40,439 bases of DNA from contig JBJCIZ010000526.1 of assembly GCA_051294375.1 (NCBI GenBank), forward strand, positions 1 to 40,439, given 5' to 3'. This DNA is from Paraspadella gotoi (lineage: Eukaryota; Animalia; Chaetognatha). Positions 1-11,500 of the stretch are shown here, piece by piece. Positions within the stretch are counted from its first letter, which is position 1. The number at the start of each line of letters is the position of its first letter. A model generated the notes under the pieces. The model ran no database searches. It was not told where the DNA came from and saw nothing but the letters and a program-made list of their open reading frames with translations. Made by a program: the position numbers and the translations under genes.

Positions 1-40
1 AAGGAGAGAGGGGGAGAAAAGAGAGAGGAAGCAAAACAGA

Positions 41-98
41 GAAAATATGAAAAAGAACAAGAACAAAATATAAAGCATGATGTGAAACATGAGCAAAA
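41..98. repeat. Short dispersed repeat with an inverted copy at ~6286-6342
   Basis: gaaaatatgaaaaagaacaagaacaaaatataaagcatgatgtgaaacatgagcaaaa aligns by eye with the reverse complement of 6286-6342 (gaaaataacaagagaacaaaacaaaaatataaagcattattgaaaacatgagcaaaa). Confidence 0.65.
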
Positions 99-399
99 GA
101 TGAGGGAAGCTAAACATGTATAAGAATGTTTAAATATTCAAGGTTTTATTTTATAGAAAGTCGGATTATATTTTTGCTTAATTGCTCGGAGTATACAATA
201 TTACATATTCTAAAATATATATTTATAAAGTGTTTAGTATATAGGGATGGGGTTCACATTTTATTTTTTGTTTATATTTGATATTTAATATTTATTATGT
301 ATTATATTATATTTTATTATTATATATATATATTATAATATATATAATATTATAATTAATATATAATATTCTAATATAGAAATAAAAGAAATAAAAGAA

Positions 400-876
400 A
401 TAAAATAAATAAAAGAAAGGCCAAAAAATGTTACAATGGTTACAATTTGAATTTTTTCCAAATTTTCCAAATCGCAGCTTTGTAGATTTTTATTTTATTT
501 GGTATTTAAATTAAATATAGCTCTCATAGATAAGTTTAGTTATTTCTGCTCTATTTTATATAGTAGTATATTATATTTAAATTAAATTTTGGATTTCTAT
601 TTTCTTAATTTATATACTTGCATATTTATTAGATTTGCTTTCTTTCTTTTGGTTTTGAGTAATGAGTATGGTAATCTCATTTGTCATATTGCAGTTATCT
701 TATGAGTGATTAAACAAAAAATAGTCTTAAATCCTTTGTAGCTTCGCATGGCCATATCTAATTTTTAACTTTTACTATGATGCACACTTTTGTAAAACTT
801 TATATTTTTACATTAATAATTTTTAAATTTTAAATATAAAACTGTAAGTCACAGCCAATACTCTATAAAAAGCAGT
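400..876 (+). repeat. ~480 bp dispersed direct repeat, copy 1 (copy 2 at ~8083-8592)
   Basis: Colinear shared blocks: aaaaaatgttacaatggt, taatctcatt..catattgcagt, ttactatgat(c)gcacacttttgtaaaa, gtaagtc(a)cagccaa. Both copies follow a TA-rich tract. Confidence 0.85.
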
Positions 877-1281
877 TAAAATAATGTAGTTAGTTATATG
901 TGTGTTAGTAATATTTATATTAGCCTCTAATTTAGTAATTTAACTTTTCGTTCAAAGTTTGTCTCTCTAAATTTCTTCTAGTTTCAAAGTTTAATTATTT
1001 CATAGATTCCCAGGAACTCAGCGCCTATTTTGTAAACATTTTTGTCTAAGTAGAATAACAAAGGAAGAGAGACGAGAGGGAGGCCGATGATTTTATGTAC
1101 ATTCCATTTTTAGATTCTCAAGGGTAAGACGCAATAGTTTTATACACTTGTTTAATTTCTTAATACATATTTGGCAAATCTACAATTATTCAGGTAACTT
1201 CAAATAATGACTAGTCAATCATGTACCACACTAGTCTCTCTATCCGTCATGTTTTGAGGGCCACAGACCACGTTACCGACA

Positions 1282-1297
1282 TGGTGGCAGCGTTGCG
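1282..1297 (+). promoter_or_regulatory. Primer-binding site (tRNA-Leu type) directly after a putative 5' LTR end (CA at 1280-1281)
   Basis: Sequence reads ...accgaCA|TGGTGGCAGCGttgcg. TGGTGGCAGCG is complementary to the 3' end (CGCTGCCACCA) of animal tRNA-Leu(AAG/TAG). Gypsy pol fragments follow on the same strand. Confidence 0.75.
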
Positions 1298-3254
1298 CTT
1301 AACGGACCCTCGAAGTTATGTCGTCGTCGAATGATTGTTTTGTCCGAGTTGATAGGGGGTAATAAATAAGATTTTTTTCTTTTCCCAATGAAACGAATGC
1401 ATTGTAAATGAAAATTTTTTCTTAAAACGTTTAGTGTATTTTTTTTTGTTTTTATTTTTAGCCTCTCTGACATTAGAATATGATTTATGATTGGAAAAAG
1501 AAACAATTTTTTGGATTTTCTTACTCGAAACCAAAACATTAACCTAAAGCCAAATAAATAGATCACGACTTTCTTATAATGTCAGTTGATTCATGTCAAC
1601 TGGCTAAGACCGATATATTTTTATTTTTTCACACATCACTCCGTACGTCCCAGTCATTCCGAACAACGGATTAATTCCAGTTTTCTTTCCTTGAATTTTC
1701 CTCAATCATATGATTTTCTTTCCAACGATCTCGCAAAACGAATATTTTTTTTGTTTTTAATTACAATTCAATTCTTCGAATTTTTCTTGACCATTTCTAA
1801 ATTGGACTGAGGATCGACGCGATGGAATAAATTCACTAAAGTTTTCGACTTCTTGACTGGACATAGAACATGATTTTACCCTATGTAAAAAGAATAGTGT
1901 AAACGATGTGATCTATGTTAACGAACGTTTCGACGTTTGGTTAATAATTATTTATTTTTCTCGGTTCCTATTTAAATTATTTTTTGGCATGAAATTATTT
2001 TTCGTTTTATTTTGCACGGTTGAAACGAACAATGTATTTGGGTAACAAAAATAGTAAGCACCGAGGGTTACAAAGCAATTGAAATTGGGTCGAATAATAT
2101 AAACGATTTGGAACAGAATTTTTCCTTCCTTTGGGCGGAGGGGAAAGTGTACCGAAAGAAATGAAAAATTATCTGCATAAACGAATTTATACTATTTTCA
2201 TCAGGATTACAAGGAAACCAGAACCGGACCGTTAAGATTTCAAATTTCGAATTTCGATTACGGATTCACGATGGATTGCTCTCTACGACCGATTATTTCA
2301 TTGTGATAGAAATAAAAAGAACGAATATAAGCCAAATCGACGATGTCCTCACATGTTGAATTGGAAACATGACCGACGCAAGAGCTCGACCCGCAATCAT
2401 GGACGAAGAGACGACGAGACGGCGTCGACGTGGGAGATGACGTCGATCATGATTTCCCTCTGAGATTGCCACTGCCAGACGATACGCCCACCGCTTTAGA
2501 CGAGAGACCTCTTTGCAAGGTTATGAGGCCGACGATGGCTGACGCGTCGTTGGAAAACCGCGGCGCCGCCGACTGTTACATTTTCCGACGCCAATACTGG
2601 GCGCGCACGATCGACCAGTCCCGCCGCGAGAAGCCGCACGCCGCCGCTTTCGCGGGAGCTATTTTGGTCACCTGTGATGCCATGATTTCGCTCTGATTCG
2701 ACCCGGAATGCAACAACTACACGATCATCAGGAAATTGGGCGTCGTGAGGGCGTGGCCGACGCCGAACGGAAACCATTTCCGGGAAGGAGTTTCGACGTC
2801 TTTTGGGCTTATCGGATGCTTCTGCGATGCAACGCCGCCGCCGCCGCCAGGATTTGCTTCTGTCGTAGACTCTGCGCCCATCGAGAGCTCGCGCCGGGTT
2901 CGATAGCACCACTTTCTTTTAAATATTTTTATTTATTATTAGAGGCGAAGATGTCTGATGCCAATTGAATGGATGACATTTAGTGACGATTTAATATCGA
3001 TTTTGTGTTAACACAATAATAGAATATTCTAATAAGTTAAAATCTTTTGCGCGAACTCGACAGATGTTGGTCAGTCAGTCACTCTGATTTAAAAAATAAA
3101 CAAAATGCGCATCGTGATGGTAAATGAATGTCGAATTTATATTGGTAGTGATGTGAAGGCATTCAAGAGCATTATGATTATGAAAAATGTACATTAAATA
3201 AAAGGTTAAGGTACCTTATTCCGTTCTCCAAGAGAAGCTAAATATAGTAGCTGG

Positions 3255-3430
3255 ACAGACCGACGAAAACGGAAATAATAAATTTCTGTAAAACTTCATG
3301 TTTTTTTGTCGATTTTAGAGTGTCTTTTATGGCTTGTATAGATAATAACATTATTGTTCGTTGTTCATACCATCGACTTTAAATGCCGCCAATTCATTAT
3401 CGAGAAGTTTGGAACCGAGCGACGAAAAAT
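3255..3430 (+). pseudogene. Gypsy reverse transcriptase, N-terminal fragment (frameshifted, truncated)
   Basis: TDENGN (3259), FVDFR (3305-3319), TID (3369) and LEPSD (3409) match the order of K.D..G..K.R..VDYR / TLDL / I.L...D..K in Gypsy RT. No YxDD follows. Confidence 0.65.
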
Positions 3431-3732
3431 TCAAAAATGTTAGAGGCTAAAAATATTTTCGCGAATTATTTGTTATTAGAAATTCACAGGGTGAGGTTTA
3501 TCCCTAACAAAAACTTTTTCTGAGGAGAAACGAAATGAAATGAATTTATTTTTAAAAAAGGGGAAAAGAGGGCCCTTGGTAAAAATATCTAAAATATCTA
3601 AAATAAATTCAGTGACTCAGAAATCTTCCCTTTAGAATCTTTTTGGGCCCTGGATCTGAAAGTGGAATCCGCTGCACCTCAGGGGTTGAAACTCAAAGAA
3701 GCAAACGAATCCGCCTGCAGGATGGCAGTGTA

Positions 3733-3906
3733 CAAAGGTCAAAGGTTGGCGAGAGGTATCCAAAGGTCAAAGGTTGTTGCGAGAAGGTATTCAAGAGGTC
3801 AAAGGTTGCGAAGAGGTATCCAAAGGTTCAAAGGTTGTGCGAGAGGTATTCAAAGTCAAAGGTTGTTGCGAGAGGTTATTCAAAGGTAAAGGTCTGGCGA
3901 GAGGTT
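3733..3906 (+). repeat. Minisatellite, 6 copies of ~29 bp (caaaggtcaaaggttgttgcgagaggtatt)
   Basis: Units start at ~3733, 3761, 3792, 3821, 3851 and 3881. This repeat accounts for ORFs 3643..3909 and 3662..3889. Confidence 0.95.
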
Positions 3907-3958
3907 TAATTGTAATTGTTTAATTGTAATTTAATTGATAATTGTGTAATTGTAATTG
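3907..3958 (+). repeat. (TAATTG)n microsatellite
   Basis: taattgtaattgtttaattgtaatttaattgataattgtgtaattgtaattg. Confidence 0.9.
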
Positions 3959-4324
3959 GAGCATGCTCCTGCTGCTGTAATTGTATATCTCACTAAATAA
4001 TCGAAAGAAAAAATGTACTATAAAGTAACATCGACCGATGATTTATTAGCAAATAAACCGAAACTTGAAATAAAAGAAAACGATTTCGAAAATAAGAATT
4101 GCCGAAGCTTTGCAATAGGGGCGAAAGAATTCTCAATTTCAAAACGACTTGACCGAGATAAAAAAGTGGAAATCTTGGATCACTGACGAACGAATCTCGG
4201 CAATGAAGGCGATGCTTACAATTAGAGTCACATGACTTAACGATATTACGACACATTTCGGCTTTTCAAAATCAAATAGTCAGCAAATTATTTTTAGATT
4301 ATTTATCAAAGAAAATGGAAACGT

Positions 4325-4930
4325 AGATAAACTAATTTTAATAGATGCTAAACAGCTGACCGAAATGACGGAAAAAGTACACCACGAATATGGACATTGT
4401 AATTTTTATACTGTTTATAAAAATGTACTATACACCTGGAATGCGACGACGAATTACTGACGCAATCAGAAACTTTCACGTTTGTGTGAGTTACAACAAA
4501 ACCGACGATGAAGGAGAAACCATCGACTAAAATGCCGTTTGCACCGAGACAAATACTTTCTTGCGATTTGCTGGGTCCGATAGCAAACTCGAAAGGGTAT
4601 AGATATACATTCTTACAGTAGAGAATCTTTCTTAATACCGATAAAATCTACTTCGGCTGAAGATGTCGCTCATGCCTTTTTAAAGATATTCGAATCTCAT
4701 GGAATTTGGGATTGCGTTTCAATCGATGGTAAATGTGTGACTCAACGAAAGATCGATCGAACTAATTTGAGAAAATTGGGAGTACAAGTACAACAAAGAA
4801 CGTATGTCAGTAGACATCAACCGTACTCGGAACGATTAAATCAAATCTGTCTGATTCGAATTTTGAAATGGTTAGATAAAAAACCTGACTTACGAAAGTG
4901 GTCCGACATGAGGTCGAATTCTCCATAAAC
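4325..4930 (+). pseudogene. Gypsy integrase (zinc-binding start and DDE core), frameshifted
   Basis: VHHEYGHC (4377-4400), DLLGPIANSKGYRY (4565-4606), IPIKSTSAEDVAHAFLKIFESHGIWDCVSIDG (4635-4730) and SRHQPYSERLNQ (E at 4830) reproduce the H..GH, D, D and E motifs of retroviral-type integrase. Confidence 0.85.
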
Positions 4931-5440
4931 ATGAGTCGTGCGTCTCGTTTATTTATTTCGCCGTATGACCGATATTTAATAATCATTCAACTGGACAGCT
5001 TTGACCGGAACTGTGTCTTTCGACGTCCACACGTTCCGTGTTCCTCGTCCTCGGTTTCAACGGCGACCTCGACGGAGAATATTAGCCACAGTTTCGAAAA
5101 ACCGGCCCGTTTATTACAAAACCGCGAAAAAAAATTGAAAACTTCGCGTGAAGCCCGAAGAGGCTAATTACGTCGTTCCCGATCTAGCTCGTCCCCCTGG
5201 CTATCAGCTAGGTTATAGTTAAATTTAATCGGATTCAATGGGACCAAAGTCCCTCTCATCCAGCCAGCTCTAAGTAGTGGTTTAATTTTCCCCCCTTTTG
5301 CTCGCTTAATAGTTGAATTTCAAAAAAAAAAAAAAAAAAAATAGTTTGAATATGAAATATATCGAATTCCACTACCAAAAGCCTATCAAAAAAATCTTAA
5401 AAGCATAGAGATCGAGCCGCTTTCGATGCGTAACCAAATA

Positions 5441-5642
5441 TTTGATGCGATGATAACAAATATTTTGATGCGATGATACCAATAATTTGATTTCCGATGA
5501 TACAAAATAACTGATGTGATGATAATCAAGATTGATGCGATGATAGTCATTCATTGATGTGATGATAATCATTCATTGATATGATGATAATCACTTCAAT
5601 TGATCGATTGATAGTCATTCATTGACGCTAATGAATTCATTC
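5441..5642 (+). repeat. Minisatellite, ~9 copies of ~22 bp (ttgatgcgatgata-acaaata / -atcattca)
   Basis: The tgatgYgatgata core recurs about every 21-24 bp. Confidence 0.9.
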
Positions 5643-5675
5643 ATCGTAAATAAAACAAATTGGCGTGTATGGAAT

Positions 5676-5900
5676 GAAAGAGAGAAGAGAAAGACGGAGA
5701 GAAGAGAGAGAAGAGAGAGAAAGGCTGGTCAGTTTCACTCTCGTTTATATAAGAATAATCAGAATTTTAGAAAAAAATATCCACGAAAATCTTCGGATGT
5801 AAATTTGGATTTTGTTTTGAGAAAAAAGCGCGGAATAAAGAGAGAGAGAGAGAGATCGGAGAGAGGATGAGATGAGAGAGAAGAGAAAGATAGATGAGAA
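5676..5900 (+). repeat. (GA)n-rich tracts around a ~60 bp dispersed repeat (5779-5840) also found at 7612-7675
   Basis: atccacgaaaatcttcggatgtaaatttggattttgttttgagaaaaaagcgcggaataaa versus atccacgaaaatctcagattaaatttgggattttgtatatgagaaaagaagcgcgcgaataaa. Confidence 0.85.
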
Positions 5901-6289
5901 GCTGGGACCGCCCTGGCAGAGCTGAACTCGATTCGAGTACTCTTTTCCTTTCTAATATTTTTTTTACTTTATCAAAAAATTTATGTCCTCATTCTTAAAA
6001 AAGGTTTAATCTTGAATGAAATTTAGATTTAGTTCTTTTTTAAGAAAGAAACCAGACGAGGTCAAATTTCATATTTTGCATATTTAACTTAATTTATAAA
6101 ATATATCCCAACTCAAATAATTATTATTTTTAAAAAAGGATAAAATTATTAAATATATTACATAAAAAAATTTACAAATTTTAAAATTGCTACAAATTAT
6201 TAGAAATAACAAAAAAAGTAATGTTTTCATTTGACTTATATCTCTCTTCTCAACTCTATTTTAGATATAATTTGCCAATAGTTTATTTT

Positions 6290-6975
6290 GCTCATGTTTT
6301 CAATAATGCTTTATATTTTTGTTTTGTTCTCTTGTTATTTTCAGTATTTATTTTGTTTTGTTTTTACGCATTATCTTTGAACGTTTTATTAACATTATTT
6401 TTCGTTTATGCTTTATATTTTTTGTTTTTGTCTTTGTTGTCATATTTTTGCTTGTTTATTTTTACGCATTATCAAAAAAATAAAAATTACAAATTAAAAA
6501 TTAAAAAACTATTGCTTCTTCTTGACATTTGACATTTTCGTTTTTAGTTTTTCACAGTTTTATGATTTTTACATTTGATCCTTAAACGTCTTGAACGTTA
6601 TTTTTAAGTTTCTTATGAATTAGTCATAACATTTTATTAATGCATTCTTTAAACGTTAGTGCTTTTTGTTTATTATGAATTTCAATATGTAGTTTAGTTT
6701 TTACTTGTTCCAGTCTTGAACGTTCTTGAACATTATTTTTTATAGTTTTCTTATCGAATTAGTTCATAACATTTATTATGATTTTTAAACGTTATTTTAT
6801 AGTTTTCTTATGAATTAGTTCATTAACATTATTTAATGATTTTAAACGTTAGTGTCTTTTGTTTTATGAATTTCAATATGTAGTTTAGTTTTTACTTGTT
6901 TTCCATCTTTTAAAATGTTAGGGTCTTTTCTTTTTATTGAATTTCAATACATTAGTTTTTAGTTTTCCAGTCCTT
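6290..6975. repeat. T-rich degenerate tandem repeats: a ~100 bp duplication (6300-6475) and ~55-65 bp units (6580-6975)
   Basis: atgctttatattttt at ~6307 and ~6408; ttttacgcattatc at ~6362 and ~6460; repeated tttcttatgaattagttcataacatt and ttaaacgttagtg..tatgaatttcaatatgtagtttagtttttacttgtt. Confidence 0.8.
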
Positions 6976-7159
6976 ACACTATTACTATTTATGATTATGT
7001 CAATTACTGTTTTTCGGTATTAATTAAAAAAAAAAAAAAAAAAAAAATATATGCCAATTAAATTAACCCGCGCAATTCGCCACATTATAGCAGGTATATG
7101 TATATGTATATGTTGACATTGCCTGGCATTATAGCTTATTTTTCCTTTTTCTAAAAATG

Positions 7160-8075
7160 ATGAGAGAGAAGGCCGAACTTCGTTAATCGTTTACTCATCG
7201 CGCAGTGACGGTGGTGAAAAAAAAGTGACTAAAATTTATTTTTGTACAAAAAAAAGAGAGGATGAGAGAGAGAAGAGAGAGAGACAGGACTAGAGAGAAG
7301 AGAGAAGAGAGCCGGAACCTCGTTACTCGTTTCACTGGTGAAAAAAAAAGAGAGAGAGAGAGAATGAGAAATGAGAGAGAGAGGAGAGAGAGAGAAAAGT
7401 TTTTCCCGCCAACGATACGCAATATTATCGTCACTCTTGTTTATATCGGCGTGATCATCGGTCAAGTTGAATTTATAATATTATACACGTAACGTTTCCG
7501 TTGAACATCAAAACGCGTTATTTAGTCATGTTCCTCGACATTGTTTAACTCGTTGGCCCGAACGGCCACGAAATCCAGGTCAAGTAAGTATTCTCACATT
7601 TTCCCAAAAAAATCCACGAAAATCTCAGATTAAATTTGGGATTTTGTATATGAGAAAAGAAGCGCGCGAATAAAATGGCGATAATAAAAGTTTTTAGAAG
7701 GGAAAGATAATAATAGAATTTTTTAAAAACGGCTTGGCTTAAAAAAAGGGAATAATTTTTTTTGTAAAAAAAAAAAAAGGAGAGAGAGAGGAGAGATAGA
7801 GACGAGAGCAGAGAGCCGGAGGGAGCACGGAGGAAGAGAGAGAGAGAGCCTGAACTCGTTTTTTTAAACGATTCAGAAAAGCAGCGTCTGATCAAATATA
7901 TATGTTTTTTAGAAAGAAAAAAAATAATTTCAGAATTTTCAAAAAAAACGGGAACGATCACGCAAGAGGAGTGCGTTACAGAGAGAGACAGACGCCACAC
8001 AAAGAGCAGACAAGAGAGAGACTGACTTCGTTTTTAAACCGATCAGAAAAGCATGCGCCTTAGAAAAAATATATA
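7160..8075 (+). repeat. Cluster of (GA)n microsatellites each ending in a GCC(T/G)GAACTCGTT-like motif; includes a ~50 bp duplication (7849-7900 / 8022-8075)
   Basis: Motif copies at 7171, 7311, 7848 and 8022. ctgaactcgtttttttaaacgattcagaaaagcagcg versus ctgacttcgtttttaaaccgatcagaaaagcatgcg. Confidence 0.7.
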
Positions 8076-8082
8076 TAATAAT

Positions 8083-8592
8083 TAAAAAATAAATAAAAGA
8101 AGGCAAAAAATGTTACAATGGTTTACCAATTGGAATTTTTCCAATTTTTTTCAATCGGCAGCCTTTGTAAAAAGATTTTATTTTTATTTGTTATTAAAAT
8201 TAAGATTATGCTTCTCATAAAAAAATCCTTTTGAAGTTCCCATTTTATTAAAAATTTTAAAAAAATTTTGAATTTCATCTTCCTATATTATATACTGCAA
8301 TATGTAAATTAGATTTAAAGCATTTTCATATACTAATTTGGATATTATTATTGAGTACCTATAATCTCATTGCATATTGCAGTAAATAATAATGAAGTGG
8401 AAATTTCAAAACAAAAAAATACTTAAATCCAAATGTAATAGGAAAATATCAAAGCTATTTCAAGATGAGAAGCCATTATTAAATTTTTAATTACTATGAT
8501 CGCACACTTTTGTAAAAACTTTTATCATAATTCATAATAATTTTTATTTAAAAAACCGGTAAGTCCAGCCAAAACCTATAAAAGCGTAGTAG
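8083..8592 (+). repeat. Dispersed direct repeat, copy 2 of 400-876, abutting the LINE 5' end
   Basis: Same colinear blocks as copy 1. Similarity stops at ~8592, where LINE-like sequence begins. Confidence 0.85.
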
Positions 8593-8599
8593 TTTTTAT

Positions 8600-11500
8600 A
8601 TAAACAGTTTATGCTGATTATTGACGATAGCAGGGGAAGTGGGTAAATTCACGTCCCAGGCTTTGTCCTTGGTAAATTATGGACATAAAATGTTAAAGGT
8701 TGAATTTAAGAAAAATTAAAAATAGGTTGATGGATATTGGAAATTTAATGTTTCTTTGTTACTTGATATTGAATATATTCAACTTGTTAGGGAGACATGG
8801 AAGATTTAGACAAGGTAAGGGTGAGTTGAGAATATAGGGAATGGTTGGGACTGTGGAAATAAACTGTTGCGCAGTGTTACTATAGATTATGCAAGGAGAA
8901 AGAGATTGAGCAGAAAGTAGATTATTAGAGGTTTAGAAAAAGAGAAGAAAGGTTATAGAAAGTGGAAATTCGAAATGGTTAAGGGATCTATTTTTTAATG
9001 AAGATCATTTGACTTATGTTAAAGAAAGGTTAGTAGAGGAAGAAGAGAGGAAGGTGAGGGGGCAAGATAAGGTCTTAGAGCACCTCATTTTGAGGACGAA
9101 AGAACCAAGTTTAGCTTATTTTAGTAGGGTTGAGAAAATGAGATTTAATGGTAGTTTAATTATGCCAATTAAAAAGCATAAACAAGCGTCAGCTTAGAAA
9201 GGGTTCAGAGGGCTCGTTCTTCATTGTTGCTCATGAACATATATAGGAATGTTTAGTTAAAGGTGATATTGATGATAATATTCAAAATGATTTAAGTAGA
9301 GTGGATAGGAGACTGACCTGACCAGCAAAAAGATAGGTTGTGAAAGAATGATTTGAAAAGGAAGAAGTAGAACAGGTTTAAGGGGAATGGCCTCTGGTTT
9401 AAGTCTCCTGGGGGCTGGGGGGGGATTTTGGTTTTTTTTTTCCCTGGCAAAAATTCTGGAAATGCTTTTGGGGTTTGGGTGGCAATTGACTTCATGGAGG
9501 TGATGAATGGATTTTTCAGAGTGGGAAGGGTGACGAGCGTCCATGTCAGAGGAGGCTGTATCGTCTCTATATATAAAAAGGGTGATAGAGAGGATGTCAA
9601 AGATTATAGACCTGTCAGTTTAGTAAATGTAGATTAGAAAAAAATGATAAAGTGGTTGTATTAAATGCAGGATTAGTAGAGGTTTTACCTGGATTGGTGC
9701 ATTGAGGGATCAGGGCAGGCTTACCAGGGAGAAAAATATCAGATATTTTGCATGTAATACAGGATTCATAGATTATTGTAGAATTCATGAGGTAGGAGGC
9801 GCTTTGTTTTTTTGCGATTCTTAGAAAATGTTTCGATAGGGATGACCACAGTTATGGTTTTAAAGACTTTAGAAAAATTTGGTTTTGGTTTAGAAATTTG
9901 ATTAGTTGGTAAGGACATTCTTTAATAAGGTAACTAGTAGAATATTAGTTAATGGGCATTGGTCTTGATAGATATTGGTTACAGGGGATTTGAGACAGGG
10001 TTGATTCTCCTCAATGACCCTTAATATATTTTAGTGGCTTGAGGTTTTTGCAAACTCCATTTAGGAAGGGAGTATTAGAATGATAGAAGGTATTAAAATT
10101 TAAAGGGGCTTGAGAGAAAAGTAGGTGTCTATGTTGATGACCCCAGGGTTTCTAGGGTTCAGAGGCATCCAATAGAGAGGTTTATGGAAAGGCAGTTCGT
10201 TTATTGAAAGTGGCAGCAGGGTCAAGGTTAATAGGGGTAAGTCAGTGGGGTTGGGTTAGGGCCTTGGAAGGATAAAGCTAAAGATTTCTGTTTGGTCTGG
10301 CCTGGAAAGACATGACAAAGGTCTTAGGAATGTGGGTAGGTCGGGTGATTTGATAAAAGCAAAAAATTTTGCTGATGTTTTTAAAGGTATTCAAAGTTCA
10401 AAGTTGACCCTCTGGAAAACTCGGCCATTGTCAACCTTAGGAGGAGCAAAGGTTACTAATTTATTCTGTATTCTGCTATGGTTACATGGAACAGAATGTT
10501 GACGCCTCCGTGGGGAGATATTAATGCTTTAGCAAAACTGAGGAGAAATTGGAATGTTTTATGGTAGAAAAGAGATTGCTAAGGATGGGCTGAGGGATTC
10601 TTATTATAATCGTGGAGCGCCAATTAATGGATATCAGAGATAAGGTTTAAGCACAGAGAAATAATGTGGATAAAAGGTTGTTTAAGCATTGCCTAAGGAA
10701 TCTTTGCTAGAGTTTAGCAGATGAGCTTATTGTGAGAACAGCATGTGCTTTATGGATTGGATAGCCTGAGGGCAAAGTAGCGGGATTACCGTTGGTATTG
10801 GTCGGGTTTTACGCTGAGGCGTAAGGCTTGGTCATGCTGCTCTTTCAAATTTGAACCGGGTTAATTGTCTTTGATAATTACCATTTTTATATAATGCAAA
10901 ATGTGACTGATTCAATGGAATAGTTTTAAAAGTCATTAGTAATTATAGTAGAACGAGGGAATTGGACTGTGGTCAATTTTTGAATATGCGACAATGAATG
11001 AAACTCCACGCTTCTCAGAGGAAAAGGATTTTGATTATCCATATGTAGAGTGAGGAGCAAGTGAAAAATATTGCTTCCAAATGATCATCCTCCTGACTTC
11101 ATTTTAGAGATACAAGGAGCCAATAGGAGGCTTGAGTGAAATGTCATTTGCAGAAACTTATTCTCCATTGAGATTTTAATCTATAGAGTGGCTAAGGCAT
11201 TATGAAGAGAAATGGGAAAGAGTACTTGGAATTAGTTTACTATAATGAGTGGGAGGGCCATCTGGGGAAAAATTTATGTACTCTGTACTTCTTACTTATT
11301 TAGATCTTCTATTTTTGGTGCCAGGTAAATCTAAATTTCTGGACAGCATACATGGATTTATGCTATGTAGGAGGGTCGATTGGCATTTGTGATCTTTGTG
11401 GTGTTGTAGCACGTGACGATGCCATATTTTGACTCTGTGCGAAGTGGTGTAAGGACTTTGGAGAAGTTTAATGGAACCGGATGCTGGAGGCGCTAAATTC

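Larger units (their letters stand above)
1282..5300 (+). mobile_element. Degenerate Ty3/Gypsy LTR retrotransposon internal region; the 5' LTR lies upstream with an undefined start and no 3' LTR was found
   Basis: PBS, then RT motifs at 3259-3430, then integrase at 4325-4930. RT before INT is Gypsy/BEL order, and the DLLGP..S.GYRY integrase start is Gypsy-type. Confidence 0.8.

Noticed and set aside
1455-1475. Inverted match to aatgttagaggctaaaaata at ~3436
   Set aside because: Only ~20 bp in AT-rich DNA with no extension.
1807-1830. Other CTGANGA hits (1807, 3520, 4657, minus strand ~2730 and ~14270)
   Set aside because: None has a stem II followed by GAAA and a compatible NUH site.
2430-2968. 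GC-rich ORFs as gag, protease or RNase H (ILVTCDA)
   Set aside because: Probably part of the Gypsy element, but no convincing CCHC or D(S/T)G motif is present, and the position upstream of RT is wrong for RNase H. Left unassigned.
6221-6532. Hydrophobic 103 aa ORF resembling a membrane or mitochondrial protein
   Set aside because: Arises from a T-rich tandem duplication; no recognisable motif.
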